Positions 1 through 10,455 of a DNA stretch of 64,000 bases are shown here, piece by piece (positions within the stretch are counted from its first letter, which is position 1; every line of letters begins with the position of its first letter). The stretch is from NCBI GenBank assembly GCA_024642505.1, contig JAHEAZ010000005.1, forward strand, positions 7,123 through 71,122, written 5' to 3'. The notes under the pieces were generated by a model. The model did no database searches. It worked only from the letters and a program-made list of their open reading frames with translations, and had not been told where the DNA came from. The DNA comes from Gammaproteobacteria bacterium. Its GTDB lineage: Bacteria; Pseudomonadota; Gammaproteobacteria; Steroidobacterales; Steroidobacteraceae. A program made the translations under genes and the position numbers.

Positions 1-1394
1 AGATCGAGTGGACGCAGGACATCCGCAATTGCCAGACTTGCCACCAGGAGTCGGACACGGACACGCCGGACGCCAGCAATTGGCGCAAGGTGACCAACGC
101 CGCTGCCTGCGGCACCTGCCACCACAGCAACGTAAACTTCGCCACAGGCGACGGCCACGAGGCCGGTGCGGTGAACGATGAAAGTTGCGACACCTGCCAC
201 GGCCCAGATTCAACCATACGCGACGGCGAGCTCAGGACCGAAGTGGCCCACAAGATCCCGACGGTAGAGGCCGGGAAGAAATTCCAGTTCAACGTGCTGT
301 CGGTGGCCAACACCGCGCCTGGCGAGTTCCCGGTCGTGACTTTCTCGGTGACCGACCCGACCAACGGCGGTGCGGCTTACAACATCCATGCCGATGCGCC
401 ATTCACCCAGTGCGCGGGCGGCGCCAGCCGCCTCAGTGTCGACATTGCGTGGGCCACGAAGGACTACAGCAATGGTGGCACGGGGTTTGACCCTGCCCAG
501 CCGGTGCAGATCAATCCGCTGACCGCCTGCGGCGGCAACTCGACGGACAACGCCGACGGCACATTCTCGGTGACGTCGACGGTCGCGGTCCCGTTGACCG
601 AGACTGGCTCACTCGTTGCGGCGCTCGAAGGCCACCCGGCGGTGGACGTCGACCCCGACGTTGTTGGTCCGGAGCGTATCGCGGTGACCAACGCCTTCCT
701 GTACGCGGCGATCACCGATGCAGCGTCGCAGCCGCGGCGACAGAAGGTGGCAGTCGAAAAGTGCGATGAATGCCACCAACAGCTGTCGCTGCACGGCAAC
801 AACCGCACCGACCGGCCGGAAGTCTGCGCAGCCTGCCACAACCCGAACGCGACGGACATCACCAAGCGGGTCGATGGTTCGAAGTGCGTGACGGAGCTCG
901 GAACGGATGACCAGGCGATCGACCTGAAGTACATGATCCACCGGATCCATGCTTCGGGCGTCACTCTCGCGCCCTACAATGTGTGTGGCTTCGGCAACTC
1001 GGCGCACACCTACGACGTTACCTATGTCGGCAAGGTGAACAACTGCGAAGGCTGCCACGTCGAAGACGGCTACTACCCTGTCGATTCGATCGAGGTATCC
1101 GGAACGACGTTCGATGCCAACGACCTCAGCACCTTCGCGGACGACGCGGTGACCTCGCCAAATGCAACCGTGTGCTCGAGCTGCCACATGTCGACGCTGG
1201 CCACGGCACACATGGGCCAGAACGGTGGTTACTTCAAGCAGCAGGGCGTGAAGGACGCCGTCACCGGTAAGATGATTCCCGGTGGCGATATCGAGACCTG
1301 CTCGCTGTGCCACGGGCCCGGCAAGAGTGTCGATATTCGTGACGCCCACGGCATCGGAGGGTTCGCGGTCTACAACGTTCGCGACAACGACTGA
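1..1394 (+). CDS. mtrC: MtrC/OmcA-family outer-surface multihaem (decahaem-type) cytochrome c, 5' end cut by the window edge
   Basis: The frame of ORF 90..1394 stays open back to nt 1. Eight CXXCH motifs are visible: CQTCH at nt 30-44, CGTCH, CDTCH, then a ~170-aa haem-free stretch, then CDECH, CAACH, CEGCH, CSSCH, CSLCH. This matches the haem / beta-barrel / pentahaem layout of MtrC/OmcA. It lies directly upstream of mtrA and mtrB. Confidence 0.8.
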   Translation, partial: IEWTQDIRNCQTCHQESDTDTPDASNWRKVTNAAACGTCHHSNVNFATGDGHEAGAVNDESCDTCHGPDSTIRDGELRTEVAHKIPTVEAGKKFQFNVLSVANTAPGEFPVVTFSVTDPTNGGAAYNIHADAPFTQCAGGASRLSVDIAWATKDYSNGGTGFDPAQPVQINPLTACGGNSTDNADGTFSVTSTVAVPLTETGSLVAALEGHPAVDVDPDVVGPERIAVTNAFLYAAITDAASQPRRQKVAVEKCDECHQQLSLHGNNRTDRPEVCAACHNPNATDITKRVDGSKCVTELGTDDQAIDLKYMIHRIHASGVTLAPYNVCGFGNSAHTYDVTYVGKVNNCEGCHVEDGYYPVDSIEVSGTTFDANDLSTFADDAVTSPNATVCSSCHMSTLATAHMGQNGGYFKQQGVKDAVTGKMIPGGDIETCSLCHGPGKSVDIRDAHGIGGFAVYNVRDND

Positions 1395-1453
1395 GCCGAT
1401 CAGGGTGGCGGGACGGAAGCCCGTCACTTCTTGTGTGAACGTTGACGTTGGAA

Positions 1454-1475
1454 GGCGGCCGCTCTGTCGGCCGCC
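1454..1475 (+). other. GC hairpin between mtrC and mtrA (possible attenuator or processing site, no T-tract)
   Basis: GGCGGCCG-CTCTGT-CGGCCGCC, a perfect 8-bp stem, 25 nt upstream of the mtrA ATG. Confidence 0.3.
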
Positions 1476-1499
1476 CCGTTGCGGGACAGGGGCGACGAC

Positions 1500-2447
1500 A
1501 TGACTAAATGGAACTGGCCGGCGATCGGGGCGTTGTGGTTGTTTGTGGGCCTTGTGCCGGCAATGGCCGCTGCCGAGGAAGAAACCGCAGCGGAAGCGCC
1601 GGCGTACAGCAAGAGCGGGGCAGACACCTGCCTCAACTGCCATGGCGACAACCCGGTGGTGATGGGCATCTTCCGCACGAGGCACGCCCAGCCTGGCGAC
1701 CCGCGGACCCCCTTCGGGCACGGTCAGCTGCAGTGCGAGGCCTGCCACGGCCCGGGCGGCGCACACACCAAGCGGCCGAAGAAGGGCGAAGAGCGCACGC
1801 CAGTGGTGCAGTTCGGGCGGGGCAAGGCTTCGACCATCGGCGAGCAGAACCAGATGTGCCTCGGTTGCCACAATTCGAATCTGGGCAACTGGCACGTATC
1901 GGCGCACGATGACAACGAAGTCGGCTGTGCCGACTGTCATGATAGCCACGATCCTCGTGACCCGGTCCGCCAGAAGGCGACCCAGGCCGAAGTCTGCAAG
2001 ACCTGTCATCAACTGAAGGTGGCAGATTCACTGCTTCCGTTCGCGCACCCGCTGCACGAGGGGCAGATGGCCTGCACTTCCTGCCATTCCCCTCACGGCT
2101 CGCCAGCTGACGCCTCACTCAAGCGCGACACGGTGAACGAGACCTGCTACACCTGCCATGCCGACAAGCGCGGTCCGTTCCTGTGGGAACACCAGCCAGT
2201 GACCGAAGACTGCACCCTGTGCCACAAGCCGCACGGCTCCGCTCAGGCCGGCATGTTGAAGCAGCGACCGCCGTTCCTTTGCCAGCAGTGCCATGGCGCG
2301 CAAGGCCATCCGTCCGTGCCTGGGCTGCCGGCCGGTCTGCCAGGTGGTGGAGCGCCGTCCGCCTACCTGCTTGCCAGCGGCTGCGCCAACTGCCACTCGC
2401 AGGTGCACGGTAGCAATCACCCTTCCGGCGCGCGGCTGACCCGCTGA
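1500..2447 (+). CDS. mtrA: periplasmic decahaem cytochrome c, MtrA/DmsE family
   Basis: Start moved to ATG 1500 (MTKWNWPAIGALWLFVGLVPAMAAAEE, a signal peptide). Exactly ten CXXCH motifs in ~315 aa: CLNCH, CEACH, CLGCH, CADCH, CKTCH, CTSCH, CYTCH, CTLCH, CQQCH, CANCH. Lies between the mtrC-like and mtrB-like genes. Confidence 0.9.
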   Translation: MTKWNWPAIGALWLFVGLVPAMAAAEEETAAEAPAYSKSGADTCLNCHGDNPVVMGIFRTRHAQPGDPRTPFGHGQLQCEACHGPGGAHTKRPKKGEERTPVVQFGRGKASTIGEQNQMCLGCHNSNLGNWHVSAHDDNEVGCADCHDSHDPRDPVRQKATQAEVCKTCHQLKVADSLLPFAHPLHEGQMACTSCHSPHGSPADASLKRDTVNETCYTCHADKRGPFLWEHQPVTEDCTLCHKPHGSAQAGMLKQRPPFLCQQCHGAQGHPSVPGLPAGLPGGGAPSAYLLASGCANCHSQVHGSNHPSGARLTR

Positions 2448-2460
2448 GGAGGCCGAGATC

Positions 2461-4590
2461 ATGGACAAGCCAAACACCTTGATAGCGTTCGCGGTGACCT
2501 CGGTCCTCGCAGCCGGCACGGCTGCCGCCGACAATGCGGCGGGCGTGGATACCTCGGGTTGGGAGTGCGAGTCCTGCCCATTCCAGACGGACTACGAGGC
2601 GGAGGCCGAGATCGGCGTCCTCTACGTCGACGAGGACTCGGCGAAATACGGCGAATACAATGGACTTGACCAGAAGGGTGCGTATGCCGACGTCAATGCG
2701 AACGGTGGCAGCCGTAACGAGTCCGGCACGTACTACCGATACGATATGAGGGACCTTGGCCTCGACACGCGCGAGGCGGAGTTCGTATTTGGCAAGGAGG
2801 GAATGGTCGAGGCGACGCTAAGCTACGACGAATTGCCGCATCGGATCTGGGACACGACCGTTACACCCTACCAGCGATCCGGCAAGGATACGCTGGTGCT
2901 GCCGTCAGGCTGGATCCCCGCCGGCTCGACCGGCGGCATGACGGCGCTCGCGGGCTCGCTCTCGAACGTCGATATCGGCACCGACCGGACCACGATCGGC
3001 GCCGGTCTCGACTACCTGTTCGGCTCGAACCTGAAGCTCTTTGCCGATTTCAGTCGCCAGGAGATCGAGGGACGCAAGCTCGGCTCCGCCAACTTCCTGT
3101 TTTCGTCGCTGCAGTTGCCGGAGCCGGTCGACGCAGCACACGACCAGATCGAGATCGGGGCCACCTATCGCTGGAAGAGCGGTTTCACCAGACTCGCCTG
3201 GTACGGTTCCATTTACGACAACGCGCTGACGGGCATGACCTTCGACAACCCCTATGTGCCGATCGCGTCCGATACGGTGCAGGGTCGGAAGGCGCTGGCA
3301 CCGGACAACAAGGCCCAGACCTATTCCCTGGACGGCAACTTCCTGCTGCCCTGGTGGCAGGGCGTCGTAAGTTACCGCCTTGCCGAAGGAACGATGGATC
3401 AGGACGAGTCGTTCCTGCCGTTTTCAACCAGTGCCGGGCTGTCGGCCACTGCCATGCTGCCACGATCGAACCTGGCCGGAGACGTCAGCACCAGCCATTA
3501 CCGTGCCACGCTGTCGCTGAAGCCGCACCCGCGCATTCGCGCGCGAGTGGGCTACCGCTACGATGAGCGTGATGACGGCACCAGGCCTTTCACCAGCGCC
3601 TTCGTCGACGATGATTCCCTGCCGGCCCCGGCTGCCACGTCCCTGCGCTACGGCTACGAGCGGACGCTCTACGACGGCTTTGGCGAGGTCAAGGTTCTGG
3701 ACTGGCTGTACCTTGGCCTGGGCGGTGAGTTTGACGAAATCGATCGTAGCAACCAGGCGTCCAAACAGACCCAGGAAGAGGGCAGCTATGTTCAGGTTCG
3801 TATGCGGCCCTGGAGCTCCATCGAACTGAGTGGCCGTTACGGCCAGTCGCATATCGACGCCGGCGACTACGTGGTGACACCTGGCTTGCCGCCTGAGAAC
3901 CCACTGCTGCGCAAGTTCAACCAGACCAATCGCGACCGCGACTACTCCGAAGTGCGCGTTGGCTGGTCCCCCTGGAAACTGTCCATCGCCCTGGAGGGGA
4001 CCTACGCTTTCGACGCCTACCGACTGTCGCCGCTCGGACTCAGGTCGGGCCGCGACTATCGCTATGCGGGCACTGTTTCCTGGCCGGTTTCGGAAAAAAC
4101 GTCGGTCTACCTGTCCGGCAGCTACCAGAACATTGCTACCGAGCAGGCTGGCGAGGAAGTCTTTCCCTCGACAGCGAACCTTTGGCTGGTGACGCACGAG
4201 GACGAGTTCACGACGGCCGGTGGCGGCATCGTCTGGAATGACGTGGCGGGCAAGGTCGACGTGACGCTCGACTACACCTACGCGAAGTCGCGGGGACTGG
4301 TCGACACGGTTGCCTCGCCCCAGTCGTCCGCCGGTGCCTTCCCCAAGCTCGAGACCGAATTGAACTCGCTGCGCCTGAGCGCGAGCTATGACGTGAATGA
4401 ACGGTTGAGAGTCGGCGCTGGCTGGACCTGGGAAGACTACGATTCGAGCGACTGGCAGATCGCAGGCGTCGGCCCGTCGACCTTGCCGAACGTGCTCAGC
4501 ATGAGCCCGGACCCCTACCAGTACTCCGTCAACGTCGTCGGCGTGTCGTTCAGCTACCGCTTCGGCAAGAGCAGCGCAGCGGAAGAGTGA
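2461..4590 (+). CDS. mtrB: MtrB/PioB-family outer-membrane beta-barrel sheath of the porin-cytochrome complex
   Basis: 709 aa with a signal peptide (..LAAGTAAADN) and an N-terminal C36-E-S-C39 motif (nt 2566-2577). The body has alternating aromatic/Gly/Asp-rich beta-strand-like sequence and ends ..VGVSFSYRF. Sits 14 nt downstream of mtrA. Confidence 0.85.
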   Translation: MDKPNTLIAFAVTSVLAAGTAAADNAAGVDTSGWECESCPFQTDYEAEAEIGVLYVDEDSAKYGEYNGLDQKGAYADVNANGGSRNESGTYYRYDMRDLGLDTREAEFVFGKEGMVEATLSYDELPHRIWDTTVTPYQRSGKDTLVLPSGWIPAGSTGGMTALAGSLSNVDIGTDRTTIGAGLDYLFGSNLKLFADFSRQEIEGRKLGSANFLFSSLQLPEPVDAAHDQIEIGATYRWKSGFTRLAWYGSIYDNALTGMTFDNPYVPIASDTVQGRKALAPDNKAQTYSLDGNFLLPWWQGVVSYRLAEGTMDQDESFLPFSTSAGLSATAMLPRSNLAGDVSTSHYRATLSLKPHPRIRARVGYRYDERDDGTRPFTSAFVDDDSLPAPAATSLRYGYERTLYDGFGEVKVLDWLYLGLGGEFDEIDRSNQASKQTQEEGSYVQVRMRPWSSIELSGRYGQSHIDAGDYVVTPGLPPENPLLRKFNQTNRDRDYSEVRVGWSPWKLSIALEGTYAFDAYRLSPLGLRSGRDYRYAGTVSWPVSEKTSVYLSGSYQNIATEQAGEEVFPSTANLWLVTHEDEFTTAGGGIVWNDVAGKVDVTLDYTYAKSRGLVDTVASPQSSAGAFPKLETELNSLRLSASYDVNERLRVGAGWTWEDYDSSDWQIAGVGPSTLPNVLSMSPDPYQYSVNVVGVSFSYRFGKSSAAEE

Positions 4591-4593
4591 GCC

Positions 4594-4631
4594 GCGCCGC
4601 GCTCGGCGCGCTTGCGCCGCGCTTGGCGCGC
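4594..4631. repeat. two tandem 18-nt GC palindromes with a 20-nt period, immediately after the mtrB stop
   Basis: GCGCCGCGCTCGGCGCGC (4594-4611) and GCGCCGCGCTTGGCGCGC (4614-4631). Each can fold as GCGCCG-CGCT-CGGCGC. Plausible terminator-like hairpins, but without a U-tract. Confidence 0.5.
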
Positions 4632-4633
4632 CT

Positions 4634-4735
4634 GGGGTCGGACCTCGATAACCGTCTGATTTATATAAAGAATAGACGGATAACCAGATCCGATCTCTAT
4701 AGGCGCCCTCTAATCTATCATTGAGATCCGACCCC
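4634..4735. repeat. 102-bp AT-rich intergenic element bounded by 15-bp imperfect inverted repeats (MITE-like element or bidirectional terminator)
   Basis: GGGGTCGGACCTCGA (4634-4648) matches the reverse complement of TTGAGATCCGACCCC (4721-4735) at 13 of 15 positions. The interior is conspicuously AT-rich and has an inner hairpin CCGTCT..AGACGG (4652-4679) and the palindrome AGATC-C-GATCT (4686-4696). Confidence 0.5.
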
Positions 4736-4738
4736 GCC

Positions 4739-5704
4739 TTATCCAAAGGCGACGGTCAGGATCACGGCGATACTGCCCAGTGCCTGCACGGCAAGGGTGG
4801 CCTCGATGCTCTTCTGCAGCTGTTCGCGCCGTTCGTTCACATCCGCGATGCCGAAGCCTGCCTTGAGTCCCATCGCCAGCAGCGCAATGGCCGGGATACC
4901 GTACCACCAGGGCAATACGCCGACGCCGACGGCCGCGAGGCCGCCGACGAGGGCAAGGGCCTGCATGCCGAGGTAGACCGTGCGCGCGCCGTGCACGCCG
5001 AAGCGCACGACTAGAGTGCGCTTGCCCGCGGCAGCGTCCGATTCCATGTCCGGAACTTCATTGATCAGCAGGATCGCCGCCACCCACAGGCCCACCGGCA
5101 CCGACACGAGGAAGCGACCGAGGTCGAAGATGCCGTCCTGAAGCCATGCGGCACCCATCACTGGCAGCGGCCCGAACGCGATCGCCACCGCGAGTTCACC
5201 CACGCCCCGACCCGACAGGTAGACGGAAGGCGTCGAATACAGCGTACCGAGCACGATCCCGGCGAGGCCGAGCCACAGCACTGTCGGCCCGGCGATCGCG
5301 ATGAGCACGCCACCCGGGATCGCGGCCGCTACCAGCAACCAGATCCCCAGCCTGCGCATTTCGTCGCGGGTCAGGATGCCCGACTGGATGAAGCGTGATC
5401 CGCCGGTGTAGGGGTAGATCCGGCCGGTGTTCGGACCGTCAGCGCCGGTGATGTCGTCGCCGACGTCGTTCAGCACGTTTGCAGCGGCGTGCACCAGCAC
5501 CGTAGCGATGATGGCCAGTACGGCCGGCAGCCAGGCCATGGCTCCCACCGCCTTGGCACCCAGCGCTGTACCCACCACCACCGGCAGCGCCGAGGCAGTG
5601 AAGAACTTCGGCCGCATGGCAAAAAAGGCACGCCGCAAGCGTGGTCCTATTCCGCTGCCTGCGAAGGCTTCCGGGTTCGGCCCGGCGGTCGTTTGCTGCT
5701 GCAT
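4739..5704 (-). CDS. UbiA-superfamily polyprenyltransferase, MenA-like (1,4-dihydroxy-2-naphthoate prenyltransferase-type motifs)
   Basis: Start trimmed to ATG 5704 (MQQQTTAGPN...). Multi-pass membrane protein with NVLNDVGDDITGAD (N-D-x-x-D-x-x-x-G-x-D) and a second Asp-rich motif EVPDMESDAAAGKRTL, as in MenA-type members. The ORF-track N-terminal extension to 5995 overlaps ntpD and is not credible. Confidence 0.7.
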   Translation of the reverse strand: MQQQTTAGPNPEAFAGSGIGPRLRRAFFAMRPKFFTASALPVVVGTALGAKAVGAMAWLPAVLAIIATVLVHAAANVLNDVGDDITGADGPNTGRIYPYTGGSRFIQSGILTRDEMRRLGIWLLVAAAIPGGVLIAIAGPTVLWLGLAGIVLGTLYSTPSVYLSGRGVGELAVAIAFGPLPVMGAAWLQDGIFDLGRFLVSVPVGLWVAAILLINEVPDMESDAAAGKRTLVVRFGVHGARTVYLGMQALALVGGLAAVGVGVLPWWYGIPAIALLAMGLKAGFGIADVNERREQLQKSIEATLAVQALGSIAVILTVAFG

Positions 5705-5807
5705 GTAGCGTCGATCTCCATGGCCCGCAAGGAAGGCGGCAGGCGTCGTGGCGCGATAGTTAGCCTCATCCGCCGACGGCTGTCGAGGGTGGAGATCCAC
5801 TGGGCGG

Positions 5808-6446
5808 TCAGGCGCTTCTGCGAGCCTCGCGCACCCGGATGGACTCCTCCTGGTCGATGGCCTCCAGCTGGGAATCCACGAAGCGGATATCGGCGTCGAT
5901 TTCCGGCAGGAGCACGTTCTCGAGCGCCCGGGCGCGTCGCTCCGTCCGGACATAGTCCCGGGCCATGATGCGTAATGACACGGCCAGGCCGGCAATGACC
6001 GCCGCCGCCGCCGCCAGCTCCTGGAAGCGCGCGGCGCAGGCCGTGACTTCCGGCGATGTCTCGGCTGGCGGGAATTCCGGTTCCCGCTCAGCCAGTTCGA
6101 GCTCCGCGTCCACCAGCGGCAATCCCAGCAGTCGGTGCTGCCGGAGGATCACGCCCGTGAACGCCCCCTGGCGGGCCGGGTGGACCGTGAGATTGTCGAA
6201 GCCGTGGCGACGCACCGCTGCAGCCAGTGCCTGCCGCGCTTCGGACAGCCGACGCCGCCAGTTGGCATTCAGCTCCCGATGGCGCCTGAGGCCGGAAAGG
6301 ATCTCGGCGGCGAGCAGCATCCGTTTCTCGTCGAGGAGCGCATGGCCCTCGCGAATCATGCGGCGCTCGTCGCTGAGCTCGAGGAACGTGATGCGGGTGG
6401 CGGTGAGCGACCGGTCAGCCATCGGTGTCCCCGAGGTAGCGCTCAA
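5808..6446 (-). CDS. ntpD: V/A-type ATPase subunit D (central stalk)
   Basis: 212 aa. The coiled-coil N-terminus (TRITFLELSDERRMIREGHALLDEKRMLL) and C-terminal helix are typical of subunit D. Last gene after A and B. Overlaps the ntpB stop by 32 nt. Confidence 0.8.
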   Translation of the reverse strand: MSATSGTPMADRSLTATRITFLELSDERRMIREGHALLDEKRMLLAAEILSGLRRHRELNANWRRRLSEARQALAAAVRRHGFDNLTVHPARQGAFTGVILRQHRLLGLPLVDAELELAEREPEFPPAETSPEVTACAARFQELAAAAAVIAGLAVSLRIMARDYVRTERRARALENVLLPEIDADIRFVDSQLEAIDQEESIRVREARRSA

Positions 6447-7789
6447 CCTGAGCCCGCGACAGGCGCGTCAATTCCGCCGCGGGCAACGAGTGCAGCAGCT
6501 TCCAGCCAAGACGCATGCTGTCTTCGAGGGTTCTGTCGGCCTCCTGAGCCACGATGCCGTTCTCGAACAGATCGCCGAACTCCAGGAACTGGCGGTCCAC
6601 GTCGGTCAGTCCCTCCGCGCCCATGACGCTCGCCAGCACCCTGACGCGCGTAGCGCGCGCATAGGCAGCGAACAGCTGGTTGGCGAGCCCCGGGTGGTCC
6701 TCGTGCGTGTAGCCCTTGCCGGTGCCGGAAGACATAAGCCGCGACAGGCTCGGCAACACGCGCACCGGTGGATAGATGCCGCGCCGGTCGAGCTCGCGGT
6801 CCAGCACGATCTGCCCCTCGGTGATGTAGCCCGTGAGATCCGGGATCGGGTGGCCTATGTCGTCGGCCGGCATGGTCAGGATCGGCAGCTGTGTCAGCGT
6901 TCCCGGCAGTCCGCGGATGCAGCCGGCCCGCTCGTAGATCGAGGCGAGGTCCGAGTACATGTAGCCGGGATAGCCCTTGCGGCTTGGCACCTCTCCATGG
7001 CTCGCCGAGACCTCGCGCAGCGCCTCGCAATAGTTGGTCATGTCAGTCATTACCACCAGCACGTGCAGGCCGGTGGTGAAGGCCAGGTACTCCGCCGCGG
7101 TCAGCGCATAGCGCGGCGTCAGCAGCCGCTGCGCGCTCGGCTCGTCGGCACGGTTCAGGAACATGACCGTGCGCGAAATGGCGCCGCTGGCCTCCATGGC
7201 CTCGCGGAACGCGGCCGCAGTGTCGTGCGACACGCCGATGCCCACGAATACCACGGCGAATCCGCCGTCCTCGCCGCCGAGCAGCCGCGCGCGCTGCGCG
7301 ATCTCGGTCGCCATGCGGTCGTGCGGCAGGCCGCCACCGGAAAACAACGGCAGCTTCTGCCCACGCACCAGGCTGTTCATCAGGTCGATGGTCGATATAC
7401 CGGTCTCAATGAAATCGCGCGGCAGCGCGCGTGCGGCCGGGTTGATGGACCAGCCGCTGACCGGAAGGAACTCACTGGCTGGAATTGGCGGGCCGCCGTC
7501 CACCGGCAGGCCGATGCTGTTGAATATGCGGCCAAGCATCCCGGGCCCGACGCCGAAGGTCAACGGAGCGTTGCGTACCCGCACCCGCGTGTCACCCAGC
7601 CCCAGCCCGGAGGTTGATTCCAGCACCTCGATGACCATCCGCTCCTCGTCCACCAGCGCCACCCGCCCAACGCGCGCCACGCCGTCCGGTCCAAGTACCT
7701 CGACGGCCGAGTTCAAACCCACGCGAATGGTTCGCTCCAGGAACAGCAGCGGGCCCTCCAGCCTGCGTGCCGCGCCCGTAATGCTGAGC

Positions 7790-7803
<14 letters not shown>
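6415..7803 (-). CDS. ntpB: V/A-type ATPase subunit B (non-catalytic)
   Basis: Start trimmed to ATG 7803 (MTFTELSITGAARRLEGPLLFLER). Motifs GYPGYMYSDLASIYERAG and GYITEGQIVLDRELDRRGIYPPV. Overlaps the ntpA stop (7790). Confidence 0.9.
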
Positions 7804-9534
<1,731 letters not shown>

Positions 9535-9538
<4 letters not shown>

Positions 9539-10158
9539 GATGACTGCTCCCCGGCGCCGAGCTCCGCCAGCAGCGCCGCCTCGACCCGCGTGGTGTCCGA
9601 CAACAGGCCCTGTATTGTCCCGTCGAGCCGGACACCATCGTGCACCACGGCGATGCCTGCGCCCAGCTGCTCACGTTCCTCGATCTCAACCTCGCCGCCG
9701 GCCAGACGGCCGGCACTGGCCGCGAGTTCATCGCGCTCCGGCGGCGACAGGCCGCGCGCGACCTCGATACGCCATACGCCACGGCGTAGCGTGGCGTCCG
9801 CGCCATGCAGAACCATCTCGCACCAGGCGCCGCGGTTCTCACTGTCGGCCCAGCGCTCTTGCAGCGCGACGGGGAGCCTGGCGAGGCCATCGTCGAGGCG
9901 CTGGCCCAATTTAGCGAAGCGTTCCTCGCGGCGGCGGGTCTCGAGCCGTACGCGGACCTGGCGGCAGTGATCCTCGACCCGGCGGCGTTTCTCCATCACC
10001 GCGTCCTTGATGCGCTGCCGGGCGCGGCTGCGCGCCTCCGCGACGAGCTGCCGGGATTGCTCCGCTGCCGCGTCGCGGAGCTTGCGGCAGCCCGCGTCCT
10101 GCTCGGCATGCAGACGCGCGAGCAGGGAATAGACTTGCAGGTCCAGCACGTTACTCAA
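9535..10158 (-). CDS. ntpE: V/A-type ATPase subunit E (peripheral stalk)
   Basis: 207 aa. A long Arg/Glu-rich N-terminal helix followed by a C-terminal globular part (GIAVVHDGVRLDGTIQGLL). Stop overlaps the ntpA start. Position within the operon fits. Confidence 0.7.
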
Positions 10159-10454
10159 GAGACCTCCACGCCGAGTGCGCGACGCATCAGCCGCTCGAGG
10201 TCTGGCGGTGCCTCTCGCTCCAGGATGTCTTCGACCACGACGGTGAGCGGATGCGCGAGGGTCAGCGCCTGGTCGAGTTCGGCCGCCGGGATCGCCCGGG
10301 CGTGGGTGGCAGCCAGCAGCACCAACGAGGCCTCCTGCCGCGCGATCTGCAGCGCCTCGGGCGCTCCTTCCGGCGGCACGATGAATACCTCGGCGCCGGC
10401 AAGGCGAAAGCCGGTCGCAGTCAGTTCGTCGCCAATGAATGCGACAACGCTCAT
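10155..10454 (-). CDS. ntpF: V/A-type ATPase subunit F
   Basis: 99 aa. The MSVVAFIGDELTATGFRLAGAEV N-terminus is typical of subunit F. 4-nt overlap with ntpE. Confidence 0.75.
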   Translation of the reverse strand: MSVVAFIGDELTATGFRLAGAEVFIVPPEGAPEALQIARQEASLVLLAATHARAIPAAELDQALTLAHPLTVVVEDILEREAPPDLERLMRRALGVEVS

Positions 10455-10455
10455 C

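Noticed and set aside
609-2012. 467-aa ORF antisense to mtrC/mtrA. Similar long antisense or off-frame ORFs occur at 3424-4746, 5965-7617, 8198-9088, 9805-11040, 13685-14851, 55551-57191 and 61683-62864.
   Set aside because: All of them overlap genes with clear family signatures on the other strand or frame. Their translations are Arg/Ala/Gly/Pro-rich low-complexity strings typical of stop-codon-poor GC-rich DNA. None has a recognisable motif.
4594-4631. Possible CRISPR-like or tandem repeat array.
   Set aside because: There are only two copies of an 18-nt GC palindrome and no spacers. It is better explained as terminator-type hairpins. No CRISPR array or cas genes occur anywhere in the window.
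5705-5995. N-terminal extensions offered by the ORF track: the prenyltransferase to 5995, ntpB to 7974, ntpI to 13128, hypC to 63220, hypE to 61806, the TPR protein from 20183, the porin from 39521, acs to 39603, and DUF2244 to 58756.
   Set aside because: The extensions overlap the upstream gene, are Arg/Pro-rich, and precede internal starts that give canonical N-termini (for example MCLALP for HypC, or signal peptides) with an SD sequence or stop/start coupling.
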